Positions 46,039-54,341 of a stretch of 54,486 bases of DNA are shown here, piece after piece. Position numbers and translations under genes: made by a program. Within the stretch, counting starts at the first letter, position 1. Every line of letters begins with the position of its first letter. Below the pieces are notes generated by a model that was not told the DNA's origin, did not search any database, and saw only the letters and a list, made by a program, of their open reading frames with translations. Source of the stretch: Gemmatimonadota bacterium (GTDB taxonomy: Bacteria; Gemmatimonadota; Gemmatimonadetes; Longimicrobiales; Gaopeijiaceae); contig JAYZBT010000079.1 in assembly GCA_036338615.1 (NCBI GenBank), forward strand, positions 1-54,486. The letters run 5' to 3'.

Positions 46039-48366
46039 TTATCTCGCCAAGACTCTCGCAACATCGTCGATCGCCGCGCGCACGACGGACGACGAGAGTC
46101 CGGATCCGTTCGAAAGAATGGAAAAAATCACTTCGGTGCCATCGTTCTGTACGAGATATCCAGAAAGAGAGTTCACGTTGGAGATCGTCCCTGTCTTAGC
46201 GAACACTCTCCCCTCGAGGTCCATGAGACGCCGTTCGAGCGTCGAGTTCTCCTCGCCGGGCCGTGCCAAGGCAGATCGAAATGCGGCCGCGTTCGCCCCG
46301 CCGCTCATGTACTGGAGAATGCGGACCAGCGCTCTGGGCGTAACCAGATTGTATGCGGACAGGCCCGACCCGTCCCTCGGTGCCACGTCGAGGCTGTCGA
46401 CCCCGACCTGCTCCGTGAGAAAGCCCAGAATCGCGTCGATACCCTCGGACCAACTACCCTGCTCCCCTCGTTCGGCTCCGAGTGTACGAATGAGTTGCTC
46501 GGTCATCCAATTCTGACTCGGTTTCAGAATTCCGGCGATCAGTTGTGAGAGCGGAGGTGACTCGAGCGTGAAGACGAGACCTGCGTTCGGGCATTCCCTC
46601 ACCGCACCCGAGACACACCCTCGACCGACTCGCACGCTGTCGACCCACACCACGCGTGCCCCGTGCTCGAGCGTGATGCCCGCGTCTGCGATCGCTCTCC
46701 CCAGCGCTGCCGTTGCTTGGCGAACCGGATCGCGAATCGCGAACGAAAGCGTATCCACTGTGCCGAACTCAGCGTTCCCCTCCAGAACGAGCCTCCGCGA
46801 TTCGGGCAGGTAGCTCGGACGCACGCGGGTCGAGCTGTCGGGTGGGGAGGTCCTGAGCCGCGAGGTCACGTAGTCGTCGCTGCCCGTCGGGGTCCACCGA
46901 ACCGAAGCTGGTGAGCCGACCGCGGCACCTGCGGCGACGATGAGCTGGATCTCACCTTCGTCGATCGCGAAGGCGCCACCCGTCGCTCCGTACCCGTACC
47001 GAAGATCCTCCACTTCCCAAGTCGGCCCTACCGTGGCGGAGTCCCATGCGGAAACATCGACGAAGACAGATCCTCCGACGGCCGTTAGCCCCCGTCCTCT
47101 CAGCGAGTCCGCGATTGCGGCGAGCGCGGCCTCTCCCGAGTCCCAGTATCGGTCCGAGAGAGTAGGGTCTCCCGAAGCGAGGACGACCAGGTCACCGTCG
47201 AGCAGTGATCCGAGGAGCGAGCCAGTGGCCCAAACCTCGGTCCGGTAGCGGTAGTCCGGACCGAGCAGCGTCAGCGCCGTGGCGGTGACCAGGATCTTCT
47301 GGTTGGAGGCCGGCACGAACTTCTGATGAGCGTTACGAGAATAGAGTGTGCGGCCTGTGTGGGCGTCGATCGCCAGAATGCCGAAGTGCACCTGATCGAC
47401 AGGCGACGCGCTCAGAACTTGCTCAATGGCCGCACGATCGGAGCCTCTTGAACCGGCACCTCCGACGGAGGCGCATCCGATCTGAACTGCGCCAGCGAGC
47501 AAGACCAAGAGACTCTTGAGCGCTCGCTTCTTCTTGGTCGTGTGCCCAACGCGGCTGAACAAGGCGGCGTGCACACACGTGAGTCCTCCGCGTTCAGCGA
47601 CCTCGCTCGCCGTGAGCCCAGTATTCTTCTTCATGGCGCGGGCGAGAGAACTCGCCGTCGAGTACCCGAGCAGGAAAGCTGTCTCCTCGACCGTACAGTG
47701 GTCCCGTCCAAGGTACTCCCCAGCCCGTAGGAGTCGTCCCCAAAGCTGAAGTGTCTTGGGAGCTGGAAGGCCGCTCCGGTGCAGTGCGGACACCAACCCT
47801 CGAGGCGTGCGGCCCATCGCGGCCGCGAACTGCTCGGCGGACGTCTCGGACGTAGCGTGCTCGACCGTCCACGAGACGGCCCGAGAGCCCAGTTCGCCAA
47901 AGCGTGCTTCCAGGGCTGTTGCCACCCGTTCTGCGGTATTCGCGGCCAACGCCCGGTCCACCAGGGCTCGAATGTCGGCTGCGCTGTGTTGGTCCGCGAG
48001 AAGGACGCCATCAACGCCGAGTTCGCCCAGGTCGTAGAACTCGAGTTCTCCCGTGATGTTCGCGTATGCGATAATCGCGAGTCGAGGATACTTCTTTCGA
48101 AGCGCCTCGACTTCAGAGTGTGCGTCGGCTCGGGTGGGGTGATCCGCGTCAACAACACATCCATCGATGGACTCCCTTGTCAGCGTCTCATCCAGAGCCC
48201 GCCACGAAGAGCGCACGATCAGGTCGTGGCTTCCCCCGAGGGCGGTGCTCATTCGCGCCGCTGCTCGAACATCTGTTTGGAGGACTGCTAGTGAGGCCAA
48301 GGGTCGTTCCTGCAAGGTCCCTAGGAGGGGCCTCGCGAAAGTGTCGGCCTCCGCGTGGATCAGCAA
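46039..48366 (-). CDS. fusion protein: receiver-like domain + AraC-type HTH + single TM segment + PBP4/DacB-type (peptidase S13) D-Ala-D-Ala carboxypeptidase domain
   Basis: One uninterrupted 775-codon ORF. The HTH is EETAFLLGYSTASSLARAMKKNTGLTASE. HTTKKKR is followed by LKSLLVLLAGAVQIGCASVGG. The PBP4 motifs are PASNQK (SxxK) and AKTGT (KTG). Confidence 0.7.
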   Translation of the reverse strand: MLIHAEADTFARPLLGTLQERPLASLAVLQTDVRAAARMSTALGGSHDLIVRSSWRALDETLTRESIDGCVVDADHPTRADAHSEVEALRKKYPRLAIIAYANITGELEFYDLGELGVDGVLLADQHSAADIRALVDRALAANTAERVATALEARFGELGSRAVSWTVEHATSETSAEQFAAAMGRTPRGLVSALHRSGLPAPKTLQLWGRLLRAGEYLGRDHCTVEETAFLLGYSTASSLARAMKKNTGLTASEVAERGGLTCVHAALFSRVGHTTKKKRALKSLLVLLAGAVQIGCASVGGAGSRGSDRAAIEQVLSASPVDQVHFGILAIDAHTGRTLYSRNAHQKFVPASNQKILVTATALTLLGPDYRYRTEVWATGSLLGSLLDGDLVVLASGDPTLSDRYWDSGEAALAAIADSLRGRGLTAVGGSVFVDVSAWDSATVGPTWEVEDLRYGYGATGGAFAIDEGEIQLIVAAGAAVGSPASVRWTPTGSDDYVTSRLRTSPPDSSTRVRPSYLPESRRLVLEGNAEFGTVDTLSFAIRDPVRQATAALGRAIADAGITLEHGARVVWVDSVRVGRGCVSGAVRECPNAGLVFTLESPPLSQLIAGILKPSQNWMTEQLIRTLGAERGEQGSWSEGIDAILGFLTEQVGVDSLDVAPRDGSGLSAYNLVTPRALVRILQYMSGGANAAAFRSALARPGEENSTLERRLMDLEGRVFAKTGTISNVNSLSGYLVQNDGTEVIFSILSNGSGLSSSVVRAAIDDVARVLAR

Positions 48367-48411
48367 CTTTTCCGGGTCCGAAGGCCGCCCGGCGTGGGTG
48401 CGACAGCTGGG

Positions 48412-48735
48412 CTAGCCGCCGTCCTCCACGGTCACGGCGGTCCCGTAGCAGAGCATCTCGGCCGCGCCGGCCATCACCATCGAGGTTTGGAAGCGGACGC
48501 AGATGACCGCGTCGGCTCCGAGCGCCTGGGCTTCTTCCACCATTCGGTCGAGGGCCTGCTCACGAGCTTCCGCGAGCATCTTCGTGTATTCGTGCACCTC
48601 GCCGCCGGCAATGTTTCGCAGCGCCGCCATGATGTCACGCCCAATGTGACGCGAGCGAATGGAACTGCCCCGGACCATGCCCAGCGGTTGCTTGATCCGC
48701 GCGCCGTGCAATTCAGGGGTAGTGACGATAATCAT
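48412..48735 (-). CDS. YbjQ-family (UPF0145) protein
   Basis: 107 aa with typical YbjQ sequence (IVTTPELHG..., GGEVHEYTKMLAEAREQALDRM..., GADAVICVRF). 4-nt overlap with the anti-sigma gene stop. Confidence 0.85.
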   Translation of the reverse strand: MIIVTTPELHGARIKQPLGMVRGSSIRSRHIGRDIMAALRNIAGGEVHEYTKMLAEAREQALDRMVEEAQALGADAVICVRFQTSMVMAGAAEMLCYGTAVTVEDGG

Positions 48736-49157
48736 CTGTGCACGTCCTTATAGGGGTCGGTGCCCCACTCGCGGTATCGATCCCAGATCACGGAAGCCAG
48801 AAGCGTGAGTATGCCGATCACGATCGCGCCCGTGGCGAGCTTCTCCCAGGGGTCCTCGGGCGATGTAGTGAAAACATACGCGCCGTAGCCGGTCCAAGCG
48901 ATGACCCCTACGATCATCAGGATCCAACCGATAGGTCTTGTCACCCTCGCGTTTACCTGGTCCCAGACGGACTTGTCATACGTACCGGGGTCGAAGCTCA
49001 GTCCTTGGAAGTCCGTCCTCATCGCGCGGAAAATCGCCAACTCGCGCTTGAGTTCGGTGGCACGCTCGAGCTCGGCGTCGAGGCGGGCGCGCTGCTCGGG
49101 CGGCATTTCGCCGTCCATGTAGCGCATCAGGTCTTCCTTGGAGACTGGTTCGGTCAT
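48732..49157 (-). CDS. putative anti-sigma factor (membrane protein, no zinc ligands)
   Basis: It lies directly downstream of the ECF sigma gene. The N-terminal LMRYMDGEMPPEQRARLDAEL matches the anti-sigma domain pattern but lacks HxxxCxxC. Two TM segments. Confidence 0.6.
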   Translation of the reverse strand: MTEPVSKEDLMRYMDGEMPPEQRARLDAELERATELKRELAIFRAMRTDFQGLSFDPGTYDKSVWDQVNARVTRPIGWILMIVGVIAWTGYGAYVFTTSPEDPWEKLATGAIVIGILTLLASVIWDRYREWGTDPYKDVHR

Positions 49158-49179
49158 GGTGGTTGCTATGGTGGTTGCT
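49156..49179. repeat. perfect 12-bp tandem duplication ATGGTGGTTGCT x2 in the sigma/anti-sigma spacer
   Basis: Read directly: 49156-49167 equals 49168-49179. It spans the anti-sigma start codon (49155-49157) and the sigma stop codon (49178-49180). Confidence 0.9.
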
Positions 49180-49744
49180 AGGGGTACTCGACGCCCTGAC
49201 TTACGAGCACTTGCTTGAGCGCGTGTCGCGCGTGATAGAGGCGGCTCGCCACGGTCCCTTCCGGAATTTCCAGGACCTCGGCGATCTCCGAATATCGGAA
49301 GCCTTCGAGCTCCTTGAGAACCAGGATCTCGCGGTGTTCGTCGCCGATCTTCTCGAGCCCCTTCCAGAGCGTCTCACGCGCCCTGCCGCGCTGATGGGCG
49401 CGCTCGGGACCCTTTTCGCTGCTCGCGGGACGAGCGTCGAGTCGCTCATCGAGCGTCTCTACCTTGAACCGCGCCTGCCGACTCCGAAGCATGTCTCTGC
49501 ACTGGTTCCTGAGTATCTGGAAGAACCACGGGCCGAACGGCCGTCGCAGGTCGAAGCGGTGCAGCGACCTGAACGTTTTCACGAACGCCTCCTGCAAGGC
49601 GTCCTGCGCGTCTTCCTTATTGCCCATCATCGCCACGGCGAGTCGCAGACCCGACGGCTCGTAGGCTCGGACGATGGGCTCGTAGAACCGAGCATCACCG
49701 GTTTTGACCTTGGATATCAGTTCGCGCTCCAGCTCAGGCTGCAA
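49178..49744 (-). CDS. ECF-type RNA polymerase sigma-70 family factor
   Basis: Region 2 (EDAQDALQEAFVKTFRSLHRFD) and region 4 (VLKELEGFRYSEIAEVLEIPEGTVASRLYHAR). The TTG at 49744 has AGGAG 6 nt upstream. The longest ORF extends to a GTG at 49795. Confidence 0.85.
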   Translation of the reverse strand: MQPELERELISKVKTGDARFYEPIVRAYEPSGLRLAVAMMGNKEDAQDALQEAFVKTFRSLHRFDLRRPFGPWFFQILRNQCRDMLRSRQARFKVETLDERLDARPASSEKGPERAHQRGRARETLWKGLEKIGDEHREILVLKELEGFRYSEIAEVLEIPEGTVASRLYHARHALKQVLVSQGVEYP

Positions 49745-49810
49745 AGTTGCTCCTCTCGTGACTGCTACTACGCAGGTCCCCTGGAACTTCTTCACTGCGA
49801 GCCTGGATGT

Positions 49811-51040
49811 CTATGAAACGAGCTCCGCCAACGCCGCGATCAGGGTCTCGAGCTCCTCGTCCGTATTGAAGTAGTGCGGGGAGATGCGCAGGCAACCGTC
49901 GACTCCCTTCTCGTCGTAGTCGATGATGGCGTCGGTACTCTCTTGGCCCGTCGTATTGACGCCGCGCGTGCGCAATTCACGAGCGAGGTCTGGCGCGTGC
50001 CATCCGTCGACCGAGGCGGTCACGGTGGCGCACAATACCGGCCCATGGTCGAGCAAGCGGACCCCGTCGACTCCGGCGAGCATGACACGGAGCCGATCGG
50101 CTAGACCCCATGAACGGTCGCGAATCGTGTCCAGGCCCAGGTCGGTGGCGTACCGAGCCGCTACTCCGGTCGCGCGCACCAGCCCCCAGAAGAACTCCCA
50201 CGTCTCGAACCGCTTGGCGTCCGGGGCGGGTTGGTAGAGGTCGGGAGCGACCCAATCCGCACCCCTCAGGTCCGGGAACAGCGGCTCCAGGCCCGCCTCC
50301 AGCGCCCGGTCGGAGACGTAGAGGAAGCCGGCTCCGCGAGGCCCGCGCAGGTACTTCCGCGCGGTAGCCGAGAAGAAGTCGCAGGCGATCGCCTGGACGT
50401 CCACCGGCATCTGTCCGACCGACTGGCACCCGTCCACGAGGTACAGTATGTCGCGAGCCCGGCACATTGCCCCGATGGCTTCGACATCTTGAACCAGGCC
50501 AGAGTTCGTCGGGATCTGAGTGACCGCGACGAGACGTGGACGACGACGGTGGATGAGTCCTTCGATCGCGCCCAGGTCGACCCCCCCCTCGGGCGCATCC
50601 GGCGCTCGCACCACTTCCACGCCGAAGCGTTGTGCCAGGGCCAGGTACTGGATTTGGTTGGAGACGTAGTCGTTTCGCGTGGTCAGGACCACGTCGCCCG
50701 GGGAGAACCGAACCGCGGACAGTGCCGAGACGAACGAAGCCGTTGCGTGTTCGCTGAAAGCGATGTTGGACGCAGCGGTGCCGAGCAGCTTCGCCACGTC
50801 CTCATAAGCGGTGGCGATTTCCGCGGAGGCTTCAGATTCTGCCTCGTAGCCGCCGATACTGGCTTCCAGGTCCAGGTGGGTCCTGATCGCGTCGAGGACC
50901 GGGCCGGGCATGAGCGATGCCCCAGCGCTGTTGAGGTGTACGCGGTGCGCGCACCCTGGCGTATCTGCTCTGAGTCCGGCGATATTCACGGTTCGCTCAA
51001 TGGTGGCATGTGGATGGGTACCACAGATTGACTGTATCAC
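49811..51040 (-). CDS. class V aminotransferase / cysteine-desulfurase-like PLP enzyme
   Basis: 409 aa with a class V fold pattern and PLP-lysine context SATARKYLRGPRG. The start may be internal. Confidence 0.8.
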   Translation of the reverse strand: MIQSICGTHPHATIERTVNIAGLRADTPGCAHRVHLNSAGASLMPGPVLDAIRTHLDLEASIGGYEAESEASAEIATAYEDVAKLLGTAASNIAFSEHATASFVSALSAVRFSPGDVVLTTRNDYVSNQIQYLALAQRFGVEVVRAPDAPEGGVDLGAIEGLIHRRRPRLVAVTQIPTNSGLVQDVEAIGAMCRARDILYLVDGCQSVGQMPVDVQAIACDFFSATARKYLRGPRGAGFLYVSDRALEAGLEPLFPDLRGADWVAPDLYQPAPDAKRFETWEFFWGLVRATGVAARYATDLGLDTIRDRSWGLADRLRVMLAGVDGVRLLDHGPVLCATVTASVDGWHAPDLARELRTRGVNTTGQESTDAIIDYDEKGVDGCLRISPHYFNTDEELETLIAALAELVS

Positions 51041-51155
51041 GCCCTACGCTCAAGGTCGCCACGTGAGCCGCTCTCCCGACGAGGGGGTGGCGCACAAGAA
51101 GTGCATCCTGGTCGTCGACGGTGCCTTGGGCGCGACTCTGTCCGCCCGGCCCTCA

Positions 51156-51419
51156 CTAGTAATCGTCGTAGACGGCGAGCCCGTGATCGAGGGCCCCGTT
51201 CTCGATCCCCGCCTCTACACCATCACCCCTGGACCCTGGGGCCCTGTCGAGACCGTGATGGTGCCGGTTCTTCCGCTCCTTCTCGATCGCATCGTACACG
51301 GGGCCAGCGTCGACGTGGTCCTTGGGGACGCCATGCGTTTTCGGCTCGATCGCACCCAACGCTCCGGCTTCAGTGACTTGCTGAGGGAGATTCCTGCGGA
51401 CTCGGACTTCGGTGTTCAC
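51156..51419 (-). CDS. hypothetical protein (87 aa)
   Basis: GTG start. GC3 is high by manual codon count, which favours this strand over the overlapping plus-strand ORF. No motif recognised. Confidence 0.4.
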   Translation of the reverse strand: MNTEVRVRRNLPQQVTEAGALGAIEPKTHGVPKDHVDAGPVYDAIEKERKNRHHHGLDRAPGSRGDGVEAGIENGALDHGLAVYDDY

Positions 51420-51491
51420 GCACGCGCTAAAGCGCTGCCGGGGCTCATCACCCAGTAGGTTTGCTCGGTCTCGAGGATGTTTGCAACAAAC

Positions 51492-51521
51492 GGCCCCGCC
51501 CGGATCAATCCGGGCGGGGCC
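51492..51521 (-). terminator. strong intrinsic-terminator-like hairpin downstream of the amidohydrolase gene
   Basis: Perfect 13-bp GC-rich stem GGCCCCGCCCGGA / TCCGGGCGGGGCC with loop TCAA. It starts 33 nt past the stop. On the minus strand it is followed by GTTTGTTG. Confidence 0.7.
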
Positions 51522-51553
51522 TGAATCGTTGGCGGGGCTCCGACTGCTGGCGG

Positions 51554-53191
51554 CTAGTTCCCGCCTTGGTCGCTGATGACGATGCCGCGCTCCTGCTTCT
51601 GCTGGCGCACCATCTCGCGCACGTCGGCGAGCAGTTCTTTCGCGTCGTAGACGATGCCGTCCTTGATGGTATAGGTAATGCCCCCCACGCGCTCGAGTTC
51701 GCCGGTTTCGTCATTGAGCATCGGGGCGCCCGTGCCATACAGCACTTTGAGGTTGGCGAGCGGATTGCGGTCGACCACGATCATGTCGGCCTTCATGCCT
51801 GCCTCGAGTACGCCGAACTGGAGGTCGTTCTCCATTCCCTTCGGCTTGTGGAGCTGTAACGCACCGTGGTACGTGGCGGCCCTGATCACCTCCAAGGAGC
51901 TGAAGCCTGCCTCGCGCAGCAACTCCAACTCACGGATGTAGTCGAAGCCGTACAGCTTGTATATGAAGCCCGAGTCCGATCCAGTCGTGACGATGCCGCC
52001 GGCGTTCTTGTAGTCGTTGAGGAACGCCATCCACTTGTCGTAGAACTTGCCCCAGTGGTATTCGTCCTCGGTGGTCCAGTAGTACCAGTACGACCCATGC
52101 GCCTGCCGGCTCGGCTGATAGAAGTCCCACTGGCTCGGCAGCGTGTACTCTTCATGCCATTCGGCCTCGCGGGCACGCATGACGTCGCGGCTGGCCTCGT
52201 AGATGGTCATTGTGGGATCCAGACCCAGATCGAGCTGCAGGAATTCCTCGATCACAGCGTTCCACTTATCGGACCCGCGCTCGGCGGACTGGTACCACAG
52301 CCGCCCGACCTGTCCGAAGCGATCCTGCTCGTTGTTGTAGTTGTAGTCGTGAGGGAAGTCCTGGATGGTCCGGCCGTCGAACAGCGCCTCGAAGAGCCCG
52401 TAGTAGTGGGTGATCATGTCGAGGCCGGAGCGTGCCGCGTCCATGGCGTCCATGCGCGACACCCCGGTCTGCGCCAAGTGGGCCACCGTACCGAGGCCGT
52501 GCTTGTGCGCCTCGTCGTTGAGCGCTTCCATGATGGCCGGCGGAAACGAGGTCAGTTTGAGACCGTCGATCTTCGCGCCATCCACTTCGACCGCCGCGGC
52601 CCAGCGAACCCAGTCGCGCGCCTTTTCCGGCGAATCGATGGGACCCTGGTCCCAGGCTTCGCCTGGGCGCGCGTACGTGAACATGCGAGGCGCGACGATT
52701 TCGTTCCGTTCGGAGAGCGCCTTCTGCTCCAGTGCCCACATCATGGATCCGTGGCCCACGCCGCGTGAGGTGGTGATGCCGTTGCCCATCCACAGCTTGT
52801 GCACGTACTCCGCTTGTGGGGCCTTTCCGGAGCCGCCCGTGTGCGCATGCATGTCGACGAGACCCGGTAGCACGTACATGCCCGTGAGGTCGATTTCACG
52901 GGTGTGGCCCTGTGGGCGACGGTTCTGGTTGATCGGTGCCATCGGGAACCCGACCGAGCGGATTTCTACGATGCGGTCGTTCTCGATGACGATGTCGACG
53001 GGCCCGCGAGGCGGCGCCCCGGCGCCGTCGATGTAGGTCGCGCCCCTGAGGATCAGCCGCTCGTGGGGGCCGTCACCCTCGTCTGCGCGCCTGGGACTGG
53101 TGTCCTCCATCTGGGCGGCGGCATGGCCGGCCATCACCAGGAGCGTCGCGATAGCGGACGCTAGACGCGGGAGCGTTTGGTGCCTCTTCAT
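51554..53191 (-). CDS. secreted amidohydrolase-family metallohydrolase
   Basis: Start trimmed to the ATG at 53191, preceded by GGAGGAAGGAAG. Signal peptide (LASAIATLLVMAGHAAA) and the HxH metal motif VDMHAHTGG. Confidence 0.8.
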   Translation of the reverse strand: MKRHQTLPRLASAIATLLVMAGHAAAQMEDTSPRRADEGDGPHERLILRGATYIDGAGAPPRGPVDIVIENDRIVEIRSVGFPMAPINQNRRPQGHTREIDLTGMYVLPGLVDMHAHTGGSGKAPQAEYVHKLWMGNGITTSRGVGHGSMMWALEQKALSERNEIVAPRMFTYARPGEAWDQGPIDSPEKARDWVRWAAAVEVDGAKIDGLKLTSFPPAIMEALNDEAHKHGLGTVAHLAQTGVSRMDAMDAARSGLDMITHYYGLFEALFDGRTIQDFPHDYNYNNEQDRFGQVGRLWYQSAERGSDKWNAVIEEFLQLDLGLDPTMTIYEASRDVMRAREAEWHEEYTLPSQWDFYQPSRQAHGSYWYYWTTEDEYHWGKFYDKWMAFLNDYKNAGGIVTTGSDSGFIYKLYGFDYIRELELLREAGFSSLEVIRAATYHGALQLHKPKGMENDLQFGVLEAGMKADMIVVDRNPLANLKVLYGTGAPMLNDETGELERVGGITYTIKDGIVYDAKELLADVREMVRQQKQERGIVISDQGGN

Positions 53192-53312
53192 ACTTCCTTC
53201 CTCCGACTCTTGATTCGCGGCACGCACTCTCTTGTGCGGGGCCGTAAGTATCGAGGTCGGACTCTGATCGCGCCACGGGAGGTCGGTTCCTGCGCGCCGC
53301 GCTAGACCCCAC

Positions 53313-54257
53313 TTAGTTGACCGACCGGATCTCTGCGAAGGTGTCTCTGAGCGCGGCCAGCACGAGTGGCCACGTGGATGTCGATGGCACGACCATCTCG
53401 AAGTGACCCGAGTCGGGCAGGTCGACGACCCGCACCTCCAAATCACCCACGGTGATCGCGCGGTTGTAATATGCGCGGCCCGGTGGTGCCCAGTCGCCAT
53501 CGAGCCCGCCGATGAGGAGCGTTTGAGGCACTCCGACGGGGGCCAGTTGCATCGGTGAGGCCGCCGCGTACCGGTCTGGGTGCTCCACCGGCGACCCGCC
53601 CATGAGACGTCCGACGACGTCGCCGCACGTTCCGCCCTCCTCGAGGCCCTCGAGGTCTGCGGCCGGTGCGAGTGCGAACACGGCTTGGAGCGGCAGGGGG
53701 TCGTGGGCGTACACCTCGCTGGCGGGGTCTACCTTGTCCCGCGCGGCCGCCCAAAGCGCCAAGGCGCCTCCCGCGGAGTGACCGGCCGCCACCACCCGAG
53801 ACAGGTCCAAAGCATGCGGGCCAGCGAGCTCCCTGAGATGGTCGAAGCCGCTCCCCACGTCGAGGTAGGTGGCGGGCCACCCGCCGCCTTCGTCTCCGAT
53901 TCTGCGGTACTCGATGCTCCAGACGGCAAAGCCGGCATCCGCGATCGCCTGCGCGGCTTGACCAGCGTAGGTGAGGTCGAACATCGAGAGCCAGCACCCA
54001 CCATGCACAAACGCAACCACCGGATGGGGCCCGTCACCGTCTGGGAGCCTGAGGTTGCCGAACTGGAGTGGATGACTCCCGTAGGCGATGCGGTGGTCGG
54101 GTTCCGGGGACTCGAACCGCAGTGCGTCGCCCGCGCCGATCAGCTCCTGCGCGCTGGCCGGCGAGGCGACTCCCGTGAGGCCGTTCGACACGGAGAGTGC
54201 GAAAGCGTATAAACTGCACTGCACCGCGAGTGATCGAAGGATCGCTCTTCCCCTCAT
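53313..54257 (-). CDS. alpha/beta hydrolase (esterase/lipase type), secreted
   Basis: Signal peptide. Oxyanion HGGCW, nucleophile elbow GHSAGG and a C-terminal DSGHF (His). Confidence 0.8.
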   Translation of the reverse strand: MRGRAILRSLAVQCSLYAFALSVSNGLTGVASPASAQELIGAGDALRFESPEPDHRIAYGSHPLQFGNLRLPDGDGPHPVVAFVHGGCWLSMFDLTYAGQAAQAIADAGFAVWSIEYRRIGDEGGGWPATYLDVGSGFDHLRELAGPHALDLSRVVAAGHSAGGALALWAAARDKVDPASEVYAHDPLPLQAVFALAPAADLEGLEEGGTCGDVVGRLMGGSPVEHPDRYAAASPMQLAPVGVPQTLLIGGLDGDWAPPGRAYYNRAITVGDLEVRVVDLPDSGHFEMVVPSTSTWPLVLAALRDTFAEIRSVN

Positions 54258-54341
54258 GTCGGTCGCTCCGGTTGTCTAAAGTGCGGATCCGCTCCTTAGA
54301 CAGGCGAATCCCTACCGGGCACCAATTGAGGCCGGTGCGAC

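Noticed and set aside
50910-51458. 182-aa plus-strand ORF between the aminotransferase and amidohydrolase genes
   Set aside because: It overlaps the 5' end of the aminotransferase gene in antisense. A manual third-position count favours the 87-aa minus-strand ORF (51156-51419). Neither has a recognisable motif, so only the minus-strand call is kept, at low confidence.
53192-53500. 103-codon extension of the amidohydrolase ORF (648-aa version)
   Set aside because: The ATG at 53191 has a strong GGAGGAAGGAAG ribosome-binding site and is followed by a signal peptide. The extension overlaps the upstream hydrolase gene's 3' end.
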